Shown here: positions 11,832-23,241 of the stretch, one piece after another
How positions within the stretch are numbered: the first letter of the stretch is position 1
Layout: each line of letters starts with the position of its first letter
Origin: Phyllobates terribilis
Taxonomy: Eukaryota
Reading direction: 5' to 3'
Assembly: GCF_046119375.1 (NCBI RefSeq)
Contig: NW_027362771.1
Coordinates: 580,878,001-580,942,000, forward strand
Length of the DNA stretch: 64,000 bases
Position numbers and translations under genes: made by a program
The notes under the pieces: generated by a model
Database searches by the model: none
What the model saw: only the letters and a program-made list of their open reading frames with translations
What the model was told of the DNA's origin: nothing

Positions 11832-12318
11832 ACTTCAAATCTTAGAAAGAAGAGTCTTGGAATATAAATTCATGGTAACCTTTGACACTTTCAGAGTAGA
11901 AATGAATGTGTCGCATGGATTTATGTCATTCTACATCAACTAAAGAATGTGCTCCTTGGGACCTGTAGGGTCATCACAAAACTTGACCAGACCTCAATCA
12001 CATAACAATTAATCTTTCACACTCCTTATCTATGAACTGCTCCAATATTTACGGTCACATTTGTTTATCCCTCTCCCATAAGGATAGTTCTGCTTCACGG
12101 CACTTGTCTCATCTATTACATTATTTCTGTGTCCTATTGTGTATAAATATGTGACTCTTCAGATCTAATGTTATACTATGCCTGATGAAGAGACCGGAGT
12201 AGTCTCGAAAGCTTTCAACTTGTTACCATGACTTAGCCATTAAAAGGTATCAACCATTGAGGTCTCTCAAATGTAAAAAAATTTCTATCTACTGGCTAAC
12301 ACTGTACAAAAATATATT
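11832..12318 (+). mobile_element. Penelope-like element 3' fragment inserted into Gypsy pol
   Basis: Interrupts the Gypsy frame between ...FLGFTNFYR and IKNYSVIVKP; contains cctgatgaagagacc...gtctcgaaagc...cattaaaaggtatcaacc, which resembles Penelope terminal-repeat sequence (family call from recollection). Confidence 0.6.
12176..12220 (+). ncRNA. Minimal type I hammerhead ribozyme motif (possibly degenerate)
   Basis: CUGAUGA 12182-12188, extra A, stem II GAGAC/GTCTC (12190-12194/12202-12206), GAAA 12207-12210, palindromic AAGCTT; stem I is weak. Confidence 0.55.
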
Positions 12319-13814
12319 TTTTTCCCGGTAAAAATTAGTAAAGCCCAGAAAGCGCTGTAGAGCCTTCAGGTTCTCGGGACGGTCTCAATCAAGAACAGTA
12401 CGGATCTTTTCCGGATTCATCCGAAAACTCGATGACAACAGATACCCCAAAAATTGCACCTACTGGACAGTGAAAACACTTATCTAATTTGGCATATAGT
12501 TTATCTCTTAATATCTGTAGTACCTGTTTAACGTGACCCTGATGTGCCTCGAAATCAGGTGAGTAAACCAAAATATCATCCAGATAGACCACCACAAACC
12601 TCCCCACTAAATGACGGAAAATATTGTTTATGAAATGCTGGAACAACGCTGGTGCCTGCAGTTGCTGCTGAACCTCTAATTAAAGGTCAGTCAAACTCTG
12701 AAGCAGCTCTACCAGCACCGAAACGGGATCCATAACCCTGGGAAAGAAAATCTATTTTTTTTTTTCTAAAAGGCTGACCCTAGAGCTAGGCCCTAGGTAG
12801 GGAAGGGAGCACTAGTCAGCCCCACTGCAACTAAAGACAAACAAGGGAAATATACAAGGGGATACACTTAGCTTAGAAAAGACACCAGAGAGACTACAAT
12901 CCACAAAGGAACTCCAAGGTGAATCTAGTAGGCTGATAGAATTCCAGACCTGAACAGAGGAATTAACTATCACCAGCCACTCTCTGGAGAAACAGTGTAT
13001 TTAAAGATCCAGCAAGGGTGTGACAATTAGCAGCAGAAGGTGGAGATCACCGCTGGGTCCTAGAGAGGGAGTGATGATGAAAGTATCAAGAAGGTGTCTG
13101 CAAGGCCAAGCACAGTGACCTTCTACAGCCGGATCCAGAATGACTGTCACACCTGACACAGCCTTGACATTGCCACTTTAGATAAGAACCTTAGGGTGTA
13201 ACACACATTCAGCTTTGTTTCATTCATGTTTGTTTGTTTTTTTACTCCTTTCCATATGTGTTTGTCGTGGTTTTGCTGCCTTCAGTCTGACTCTACAATC
13301 TGCACATTCCAGTAAGCACAAGGAAAACCATTGCTTAAACCAGTGCAGCCAAGCTTTTGATTGGTTCTGCTCAATATTGTAGTTTAATCCTCACCAGAAG
13401 TATGACTGCACTTGTATTGTACTTTTGATATTGTCATATTGAGACTTGGAGATGGGCGCTCAGCTCGGCTTCCCTGCTCCTTCCTCTCGATGACTAGAAG
13501 GGAACTCTGCCCACCAGCTCAACCGATCACAGCTTCAGACATGTCTACGTTTGTGGTGTGCAACTTGCAGTATTTTGGTAGCTGTAAAATAACTCGCAGC
13601 ATTCACGAGCACCTGAAAACTCTTTGGTGATGGTAGTTGTAGGTTTCTGAATGTAGAAACTGACCTTAGTTTTATTTGAAGAGTAACTATTCCCACTCTA
13701 GTCTGGCTGCCAAAAGCAGGGACATCAAATCAGGTTTTATGTAAATTGAAATTTTAAAATATTTAGGTAAAAAAAAATTTATAATCACAATTATTAGAAA
13801 AAAATGGGTGTTAC

Positions 13815-15060
13815 AGCTCACCTTTTCTTTATGTACAATCACTGATAACACCTCTATATATAGTAGATAACACAGGATCCACCATTCACAATAGGTGATT
13901 TCACAGCTCACCTCCTCCTCCTGTACAATGACTGATAATGCCTTTATATACAGTAGATAACACAGGATCCACCACTCACAATAGGTGATATCACAGCTCA
14001 CCTCCTCCTCCTGGACAATGACTGATAACACCTCTATATACAGCTGATAACACAGGATCCACCATTCACAATAGGTGATGTCACAGCTCACCTCCTCCTC
14101 CTGTACAATGACTGATAACACCTCTATATACAGCTGATAACACAGGATTCACCATTTACAATAGGTGATGTCACAGCTCACCTCCTCCTGTACAATGACT
14201 GATAACACCTCTATATACAGTAGATAACACAGGATCCACCACTCACATTAGGTGATATCACAGCTCACCTCCTCCTGTACAATGACTGATAACACCTCTA
14301 TATACAGTAGATAACACAGGATCCACCACTCACAATAGGTGATATCACAGCTCACCTCATCCTCCTGTACAATGACTGATAACACCTCTATATACAGCTG
14401 ATAACACAGGATCCACCATTTACAATAGGTGATGTCACAGCTCACCTCCTCCTCCTGTACAATGACTGATAACACCTCTATATACAGTAGATAATACAGG
14501 ATCCACCACTCACATTAGGTGATGTCACAGCTCACCTCCTCCTCCTGTACAATCACTGATAACACCTCTATATACAGCTGATAACACAGGATCCACCATT
14601 CACAATAGGTGATGTCACAGCTCACCTCCTCCTCCTGTACAATGACTGATAACACCTCTATATACAGTAGATAACAGAGGATCCACCACTCACATTAGGT
14701 GATGTCACAGCTCACCTCCTCCTCCTGTACAATGACTGATAACACCTCTATATACAGTAGATTACACAGGATCCACCATTCACAATAGGTGATGTCACAG
14801 CTCACCTCCTCCTGTACAATGACTGATAACACCTCTATATACAGTAGATAACACAGGATTCACAATTGGTGATGTCACCTCCTCCTGTACAATGACTGAT
14901 ATCTACTGTATATAGAGGTGTTATCAGTCATTGTACAGGAGGAGGTGAGCTGTAACATTGCCTAATGTGAATGATGGATCCTGTGCCAATACGTCTATAT
15001 ACAGTAGATAACAGGATCCACCATTCAGAATAGATGGTCACAGCTCACCTCCTCCTTCGC
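13815..15060 (+). repeat. Minisatellite, ~87-90-bp unit (tgtacaatgactgataacacctctatatacagtagataacacaggatccaccattcacaataggtgatgtcacagctcacctcctcc), about 13 copies with one inverted unit
   Basis: Direct repeats visible; reverse-complement unit at ~14901-14985. Confidence 0.95.
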
Positions 15061-15335
15061 CTGTATCAATCGATGCCAGGTAAGTAATATTTCACAAAAT
15101 GTTACAGTATCAAAATCTTTATTTCACAGAAAACGAGTGCGTACATAAGTAAAATGAATCACATAAGGAAAGAATGGCAGAATCACCGAAGACATCTTAT
15201 TCAAGAATATTAATATTTATAAATAATATAATTAGATGTTTTGCTACTTCACTATAGGTTTCTTATATACTCGCAAACTTATGCCTGTGCCCAAACATAT
15301 CAGCTTTCCTGACATGGTTCTCATTGACTACAGAT

Positions 15336-15945
15336 ACAGTTGTGCTCAAAAGTTTACATACCCCGGCAGAAGTTTTCCTTTCTTGGCCTTGTTTCAGAGA
15401 ATATTAATGATAACAGAAAAACTTTTTCTCCTCTCATGGTTATTGGTTGGGTGAAGCCATTTATTGTCAAACTACTGTGTTTTCTCTTTTTAAATCTTAA
15501 TAACAACCAAAATCATCCAAATGACCCAGATCAAAAGTTCTCATACCCCAGTTCTTAATACCGTGTATTGCTCCCTCTAACATCAATGACAGCTTGAAGT
15601 ATTTTGTGGTAGTTGTGGATGAGATTCTTTATTTTCTCAGATGGTAAAGCTGCCCATTCTTCTTGGCAAAAAGCCTCCAGTTCCTGTAAATTTCTGGGCT
15701 GTCTAGCATGAACTGCGCACTTGAGATCTCCCCAGAGTGGCTCAATGATATTGAGGTCAGGAGACTGAGATGGCCGCTCCAGAACCTTCACTTTGTTCTG
15801 CTGTAGCCAATGACAGGTCGACATGGCCTTGTGTTTGGATCGTTGTCATGCTGGAATGTCCAAGTACGTCCCATGCGCAGCTTCCGGGCTGATGAGTGCA
15901 AATTTGCCTCCAGTATGTGCTGATAACGTGTTGCATTCATCTTTA
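15336..15945 (-). mobile_element. Tc1 3' fragment (transposase C-terminus plus TIR)
   Basis: ORF 15555-15824: KVLERPSQSPDLNIIEPLWGDLK...RGSNTRY*; TA-cagttgtgctcaaaagtttacatacccc end. Confidence 0.85.
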
Positions 15946-18143
15946 CAGAAATTTACAACATGGAGCCGTGAAAATAAAAAAATCAAACTTTTTCCATAAA
16001 AATGATGTTTTAGCCCCAATTTTTTTATTTTCACAAGGGTAAGGAGAAAATGGACCCCAAAAACTTTTGTGCAATTTCTCCTGAGTACGCCAATACCCCA
16101 TATGTGGGGAAAATACAGTGTTTGGGCGCACGGCAGAGTTCAGAAGGGAAGGAGCACTGTGTGACTTTTTGAACGCAAAATTGGCTGGAATCGAGAGCGG
16201 ACGCCATGTCGTGTTTGGAGAGCCCCTGATGTGCCTAAATAGTGGAAACCCCCCACAAGTGACACCATTTTGGAAACTAGACCCCTCAAGGATTTTATCA
16301 AGGGGTATAGTGAACATTTTGAAACCCAGAGGTACGACACAGAATTTAATGACATTAGGTCATCATATTGAATAAGTTGTCATTAGTCTTGAGCGCCAGT
16401 GCTCACTACTTGAGTTTGCATCGGGTGCTCGGGTATGCACCATGTACAGCGTGTGCTCGAGTGACACGCTCGAGTCCCCGCCCGCATGTTTCACGGTTAT
16501 TAGACACCCAAAAAAAACATGCGGGGATCGGTCGTGCATGGCAGGCAATCCCTGCGAGTTTGTTTTGGCTGCGAAGCATATGGGGTGGAGACTCGAGCAC
16601 CCGCGATACTCAATGCATACCCGAGCACCCGATGCAAACTCAAGTAGCGAGCACTTGCGCTCAACACTAGTTGCCATATCGTCATCTTTTTTTTTTTTTT
16701 TTTTTTTACCTTTTGAAAAAAAACAACCCTAACCCCAGCCCTAGAGTTTATTCTTTATGCTGTTCCTCGTGCGGTATAAGTGATTAGACGACCTTATTCT
16801 TCGGGTCGGTGCGATTACAGAGATACCAGAATCATATGGGGTTTTTATGATTGACAGCTGTCACACACTAAAAGACGCATTTTTTTGTAAAATCTAGTTT
16901 TTGCATCGCCATATTTTAAGAGCTATAATTTTCCATATTTTGGCCGACAGAGTCATGTGACAGCTTGTTTTTTGCGGGATGAGTTGACGTTTTTATTGGT
17001 GCCATTTTCAGGCACGTGACCTTTTTTGATCGCTTTTCTATTCCGATTTTTGGGAGACAGAATAAACAAAAACCAACAATTCAGGAATTGTGTTTTTTTG
17101 TTTTTATTATTCTGCTCCGCGTGTGGTAAAATTGATAAGGCAGCTTTATTCTTCGGGTCAGTACGTTTACAGCGGTACCACATTTATATAGATTTTCTAT
17201 GTTTTGGCGCTTTTACACAATAAAAGCCATTTTATAGAAAAAAAATTTTTTTTGCATCGCTTTATTCTGAGAGCTATAACTTTTTGATTTTTCGGCTGAA
17301 GGAGCTGTATGGCGGCTTGTTTTTTGCAGGATGAGATGACGTTTTCAGCGGTACCATTTTTATTTATATTCGTCTTTTTGATCGCGTGTTATTCCATTTT
17401 TTGTTTGGCGGTATGATGATAAAGCATTGTTTTTTGCTTCGTTTTTTAATTTTTTTAGTGTTCACTGAAGGGGTTAACTAGTGGGACAGTTTTATAGGTC
17501 AGGTTGTTCCGGACGCGGCGATACCAAATATGTGTACTTTTATTGTTTGTTTTTTTCATAATATTTATTGATGGGTAAATTATATTTTTATTTTTGGTGG
17601 ATTATTTTTTTTATTTTTTTACAATTTTTTATTTTATTTTTCACTTTGAGAGTTTTTTTAATTTTTTTACTTTGTCCCACTATGGGACTTTCACTTTTTT
17701 TATTCTGATCGCCTGCATAGCATAGGGATGGAGCACCATCCCTGTGCCATGCAGGTAGTCAGCGCTGCACAGTGAGAAGATAGTTTGGTCATGCACTGCG
17801 CATGACCAAAATATCTTCCTGCTGTCTGGTGACCCGGATGTTGTCATGACGACATCAGGTCGTCATGGCAACATCCGGGAAGCCGCGGCAGACAGCGCTG
17901 GAGGCCGGAAGAGGAGGTGAGTATACTGATCACCTCCCCTTAGCCACCGCAATGCTGCGATCAACTTTGATTGCAGCATTGCGGGGGTTAATGTGCCGGG
18001 AGCGGTGCGGGACCGCTCCCTGCACATAGCCCCGGGTGTCAGCTGTGACAATCAGCTGACACCCGGCGGCGATCGCACCTGCACAGCCTGTGTGCGCGCG
18101 CGCGCGATCACCATGACGTAATAATACGGGTCAGGCTCTTAAA
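15946..18143. mobile_element. Non-autonomous Kolobok/T2-like composite element, copy 1 (left-truncated), with nested hairpin MITE at ~16384-16669
   Basis: Colinear similarity to 23300-25420; nested arms tagtcttgagcgccagtgctc...gagcacttgcgctcaacacta. Confidence 0.75.
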
Positions 18144-18160
18144 GCCTGACCCGTATTATT

Positions 18161-19545
18161 GCATAAGTGTGAGCACCCTCTTATAACTGAGGACGTGGTT
18201 GTGACCAGAATTAGCCAATCACATTTACCCTCATGTTACATAGTAGCAAGTGCTTGGCCGCCATCATTTACAGGGATTCTGATTAACCCCATATAATGCT
18301 TCGCTTTTCCAGGAGAATTTTCCTGGCGGTTTTTTTAGTTGCATATTACAGGTTGCATGCTACCAACATAGCATAGGGATCTCATTGTTCAAAGTTATCA
18401 GGAGAAGGGCACAAAAATCTTCAAGGCATTAAATATATCCTGGAGTACTGTGAAGACTTCTTGAAGAACTGGCTTAAAATTGGCACTACAGTAACGTTAC
18501 CTAGAACTGGATGTCCCTCAAAACTTGATGAAAAGACGAGAAGAGAACTGGTTCTGGAGGCTGTAAAGAGGCCGACAGCAACATTAAAGGTGCTGCAGGA
18601 ATTTCTGGCCAGTACTGGTTGTGTCCTGCATGTGACAACATTCTCCTGTATTCTTCATATCTCTGGCCTGTGGAGAGGGTGGCAAGACGGAAGCCTTTTC
18701 TTCCGAAGAGAAAAATCCAAGCCTGGCTATGTTTTGCCAAAACCTACATCAAGTCTGCTGAAAGCATGTGAGAAACGTGTTCTGATCTTATGAGACAGAG
18801 GTTGAACTCTGCCCATAATTGCAAAAGGTATGTTTGGCACAAGGCCAACATGCGCATCACCAAGAGAAAACCATAACCACAGTGAAGCATGGTGGAAGCA
18901 GCATTGTGCTTTGGGACTGTTTTTTTTTTTTTTTTTTAGATTGGGGGGGGGGCAGCTGGAACTGGAGCTTTAGTGAAGGTGGAGGGAATTATGAACAGTT
19001 CCAACTATCAGTCAATTTTCAGCAAAATCTCCAGGCCTCTGCTAAGAAGATGAAGAGGAATTTCAGCACGACAATGACCCTAAGCGACCTCCAAATCCGC
19101 CAAAGCGCAACTTCAGCAGAAGATCAGAGTTTTAGACCCCACACAGGAATCCAAGTGACAACCTGTGAGTGACCTGAAGAGGGCGCTGTACACAGGCGAT
19201 GCCTCTGCAATCTGACGAGGAGTTACTGCAAGGAAGGGCGGGCAAAGATCGCCAATTCTAGATTTGGCGTGCTGATAGACCCGACGCCAAAAGACTGAAT
19301 GTTGCCAGAAATTCAAAGGGAACTTTTACAAAGTATTAGTGTCAGGGTGTGCAGAATTATGCAATTACATTTTTTCATTTTGCACCTGCAAAGATTTGTT
19401 TCTTTCTCAATGGATTCGTACAGAATATGTGCAACAATAAAGGTGGAAAAAGTTCTGAAATGATTCTTCTTGGTATGATTTTTTTTTTTTTTTTTTTTTT
19501 TACATGACGAAAACCTGACATTCCTAGCAGGGGTGTGTAGACTTT
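18161..19545 (+). mobile_element. Highly degraded Tc1 transposon
   Basis: Fragments TLPRTGCPSKLDEKTRRELV, TTVKHGGSSIVLWDC and a ...TCE*PEEG-like end, with many frameshifts. Confidence 0.8.
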
Positions 19546-21328
19546 TAAGATCCTTTTTAGCACAGTCAAAGACGAGTCAATCAATACCGTTACATGGCCA
19601 GTCCATTCCTGAGAAATCAGTGTTTAAATCGATATGCAATTCAGGCTAAAGACCTATGGTGGATCTGAAGCCGTCGTCACTCCAGCTCTATTCCCCTTGC
19701 TACATGCACAAATAGTTTGGGGAGGGGATGAAATCCTGCTGACAGATTCCCTTTTATATTATTATACTGCCCTCTAGTGCCTAGCCGAGGGATTGATACA
19801 TACACTCCTCAACATTGAAACTGCTCCTCCAAGATGGAAAAGTCGTAGAATTCTGGAAATCACAGGATGGAGACGTTACTGATCTGTAAATGAGGAAAAA
19901 ATGAAAACAAAAAGCTTCAAAACCTCTGGATTTATTCAGGATGGAGTAGGAGCCACGTGCAGGAATCCCCGCACTTACAACCTCGGCTGCTATCACTGAG
20001 GTTATTAATGGTCGTCTGAGGAAGGTTCTGCCGCTAAATGATCTAGGGCAAAGCAAGATCCGCTGCCGATAGATCCCTTTACAATTACAGACCAATGGAG
20101 TCTCGGGACCTTTTTGTCAATGTCAGACCGCATGTTCCTCGTGCTACTGTGAGCAGCCTGCGTGGCTTAAATGTTCGCCCTTGTTCTGTACATGTCAGTA
20201 TCATGTGATAAACATTGTTGGGGTTTTATTGTACATACGCTTTTAAAAGTTTAAACTAAACAAAAAAAAAAAAAGTCTCTCTCTTATGCCTGTTTGTTTC
20301 GTGATACTTGGGGCTTAATTCTTATGTTATTTTTATGTTCTGGTTTTTTTTTTTTTTTTTTTAATTTATGCTTTTTTATATTTTATTTTTGCTTGTTTCA
20401 TAATTTCACACACTGTGCCCCAGCTGAGGTCTTAAAATTCCTTTGGAAGGCATTATAACATATTAATACATTACTTTTACTGTTAATTTCCCCTGTAACT
20501 GGGCCTGGTATATTAACCCCAGTTACAGGGGAAATTAAGCATCCTGACTGCATAGCAGAGCTGACTAGGTCTCCTGTAACCCACACATAACACTTCTTGC
20601 TCCATACACAGCAGTTATCAGTGCTTCCTATACTGTATACACAAGCGCTAGTCGGGGAAATCTATACAGTGATCAAGAAGGTAGAGATAAATAAATAGAT
20701 AAATAAATCATGTTTTTTATTTTCTGTGGGGAGTCTGGCTATGTCCCTGCCTCCACAGCTGCATAATCTCCTGCAAGCGGTTTACTTTGCATCTACGTTT
20801 TAGAACGTCAGTGTAGAGTCAAGTGGGGACCGCCGAGAAGTTTATAGTCGGTCTAGAAGTTGTTTTAAAATAAATAAAAAAATAAAATAAAATTGCAAGT
20901 AGCCTAAGTCAGCGAGATGAGCGTGATCTCTGCAGGTATCATTTGTATGACACAGTCGGAAGCCACCTAAACCCAAAGTAAGGCATCGTTCAGACTACCA
21001 TAACACGTCTGCAAAGTCCAGCCATGGAGCCACGAGCCACAATGCTGAAGACCTGATGTCGATCTAGGGATAATAGGCACAACATGGCGTGCTGAACAAG
21101 GCTGCCCCTTCTTCCAGATGGGTGACATCAGATCCTCCTGCTAGCAGGGTACCAATAGCCAGAATGTAGATGAGAAAAAAAAAAAATCTCTTTATTAAGA
21201 ATAATCTATACGTCAGTAAATAATCTCAGCCAATAAAAATAAAGCAGATGAGAAGTGCAGCGCCCTCCAGAGGACAGCACTAGACCTTACAACAGGCCAT
21301 GCTCACTCTTGTCTCTTCCGCCTGACAG

Positions 21329-21421
21329 TTACACTTTGAGTGTCGAGATGTGGCCCTTGGTGGGTGTAGCGGTGCTCGGTGCAGACCGGTTGTCATCTTC
21401 TACTCGCTGGAAAAAATATTC
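21329..21421 (-). CDS. YIPF2: YIPF2 last coding exon
   Basis: tgtgcag|GAA; encodes EYFFQRVEDDNRSAPSTATPTKGHISTLKV*; an AATAAA on the minus strand lies at 21191-21196. Confidence 0.88.
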   Translation of the reverse strand, partial: EYFFQRVEDDNRSAPSTATPTKGHISTLKV

Positions 21422-21826
21422 CTGCACAAAAAAAAAACAAGAACAGTGTCGGTGACTGCTTGTTGTGGAGCCTGTACACATTACTGCAAAAAGAATAATT
21501 CAAAGGGGTTCTCCACCTTTCGGGACAAGGTTATATATGATTTTGTTTTTAAACTTAAATGCACGTATTATTGGCTAGAAATCATTTCTTGGAATTGGGG
21601 TTTCCTTAAAAATGTTGAACCATTTGCCTTCTATTACACTGGCTGCAGAGCGAGTTAACTGAGAATCTGTCAGTCAGTCTTTTTCTGAGCTCTTAGCTGA
21701 TTTATGACCACAATAATAATGAATGTGCAGCAAAACGAGAGAGCCTGGGAAAGTGAAACCCAATTGTAAGATTGATTTTATTTTTTTTTTTTCTAGGCCC
21801 AAAAACATGCAAAAAAATAATAACAA

Positions 21827-21866
<40 letters not shown>

Positions 21867-22039
21867 GTTAGTGATTAGCCAATTATTTTCTTATAATAAA
21901 AAAACAAAAAGGATAAGCCATCTCACCGCAGCAAGGTTTACCTAATCAGGATGGTCCCCAACAAAGCCTCAAATAGACCACCCATGTCTGACGCACGCAG
22001 ATTAGTATATCGCCCCCTGGCCCGTGAGGTTATACGTAC

Positions 22040-22222
22040 CTTGCAGCCGATGGCCAGGAGCACGTGCAGTAGCCCCATGCTCGCCAGCATGCCCACAGCC
22101 ACCATTTTATTGTCTTTGCGAACCTGTGGCCAGAAAGCAAGGACAAGGACGAAGCCAGAGAGACACATTGCCACCAGGAGGATGATCCAGCGGAAAATCT
22201 CATAAGGAAGCACACAGAGAAC
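22040..22222 (-). CDS. YIPF2: YIPF2 coding exon 7
   Basis: 183 nt, phase 0/0; VLCVLPYEIFRWIILLVAMCLSGFVLVLAFWPQVRKDNKMVAVGMLASMGLLHVLLAIGCK; cag/gtacgt splice sites. Confidence 0.93.
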
Positions 22223-22789
22223 CTGACGGGAGAAATACAATAAGGAAATGTAGCGTCTCCATAGCAACAGACTACACCCAGACCCTTGTAGTCAGATCCT
22301 GTATCTTCACCTTCACTTAGGCAAACGTCAGGGACATTGCTAGGACTCCAGCTCTTCCGCTAATGCTGACAGGTTAAGGGGCCGACGTCGGAGCCCCCTC
22401 CATCTGTCAATCTCTTTGAGATGCTCCACTTGCTATTGATTGCAACATCTGAGGGGGTTAACCATCTTAAATAAACGCCCCCCATCACCCCTTTCCTATC
22501 TGACCAGGCACATTTAAGGTTTTTTTGTTTGTTTTTTCCGCAGACGCAGATTTAAAGACCTGGAAAAAAAAGATTATTGTTCGACATTGACATTCGTTTT
22601 TGCATTTTTTTTGTCCCATAAGTGGAATTCATTTTTAAGTCATTGTTTTAATGTATTTTTTTTGCAGATATCAGTGGGAAAATAAAAGAAATATGTGTCT
22701 GTTTTCACATAAAAAAGAACCAGTAAAATATCTAAAAATGTGTTTTCCCTTCTGTAATATTAGTGATTAGAATTAATAGTGGTTTTTTT

Positions 22790-23201
22790 TTAACCCCTTT
22801 ACCCCCGAGGGTGGTTTGCACGTTAAGGACCCGGCTAATTTTTACAATTCTGACCACTGTCACTTTATGAGGTAATTACTCTGGAACGCTTCAACGGATC
22901 CCCCTGATTCTGAGACTGTTTTTTCGTGACATATTGTACTTCATGATTGTGGTAAAATTTCTTCGATATCACTTGCGTTTATTTGTGAAAAAAACAGAAA
23001 TTTGGCAAAAATTTAGAAAATTTTAACTTTTATGCCTTTAAATCAGAGAGATATGTCACACAAAATACTTCACAAATAACATTTCCCACATGTCTACTTT
23101 ACATCAGCACAATTTTGGAACCAAAATTTTTTTTTGTTAGGGAGCTAAAAGGGTTAAAAGTTGACCCGCGATTTCTCATTTTTCCAACAAAATTTACAAA
23201 A

Positions 23202-23241
<40 letters not shown>

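Larger units (their letters stand above)
9302..13169 (-). mobile_element. Chromodomain-bearing Gypsy LTR retrotransposon (degraded, internally deleted)
   Basis: 3' LTR 9302-~9850, partial 5' LTR ~12775-13169, and TTGCC flanking both ends (5-bp TSD). Polypurine tract at ~9858-9880. Fragments of RT (YLDDILVYS), RNase H (VEVDASEVGIGAVLSQ), integrase (FITDLP, HPQSNGQT) and chromodomain (GYGPEERMW...RLV). Confidence 0.93.
8757..13370 (+). mobile_element. Non-autonomous/degraded Tc1-like element split by the Gypsy insertion
   Basis: TA-cagtaccgggcaagagtttggatacacc left end; transposase-start remnant ~9080-9300; right-end-like sequence ~13300-13370. A ~155-bp diverged duplicate of the left end lies at ~8600-8755. 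Confidence 0.6.

Noticed and set aside
13687-14475. Repetitive ORFs (MLSVIVQEEEV...), and likewise those at 33237-34049, 47598-48778, 50224-51452 and 53525-54595
   Set aside because: All are translations of tandem repeats.
13815-15060. CRISPR-like appearance of this and other regular arrays
   Set aside because: No unique spacers and no cas genes; the DNA is vertebrate with spliceosomal introns.
19781-20275. mRNA-like stretch ending in an A run (possible retrocopy or terminal exon)
   Set aside because: No recognisable protein in any frame, no canonical poly(A) signal before the A run and no TSD; A/T runs are common throughout this window.
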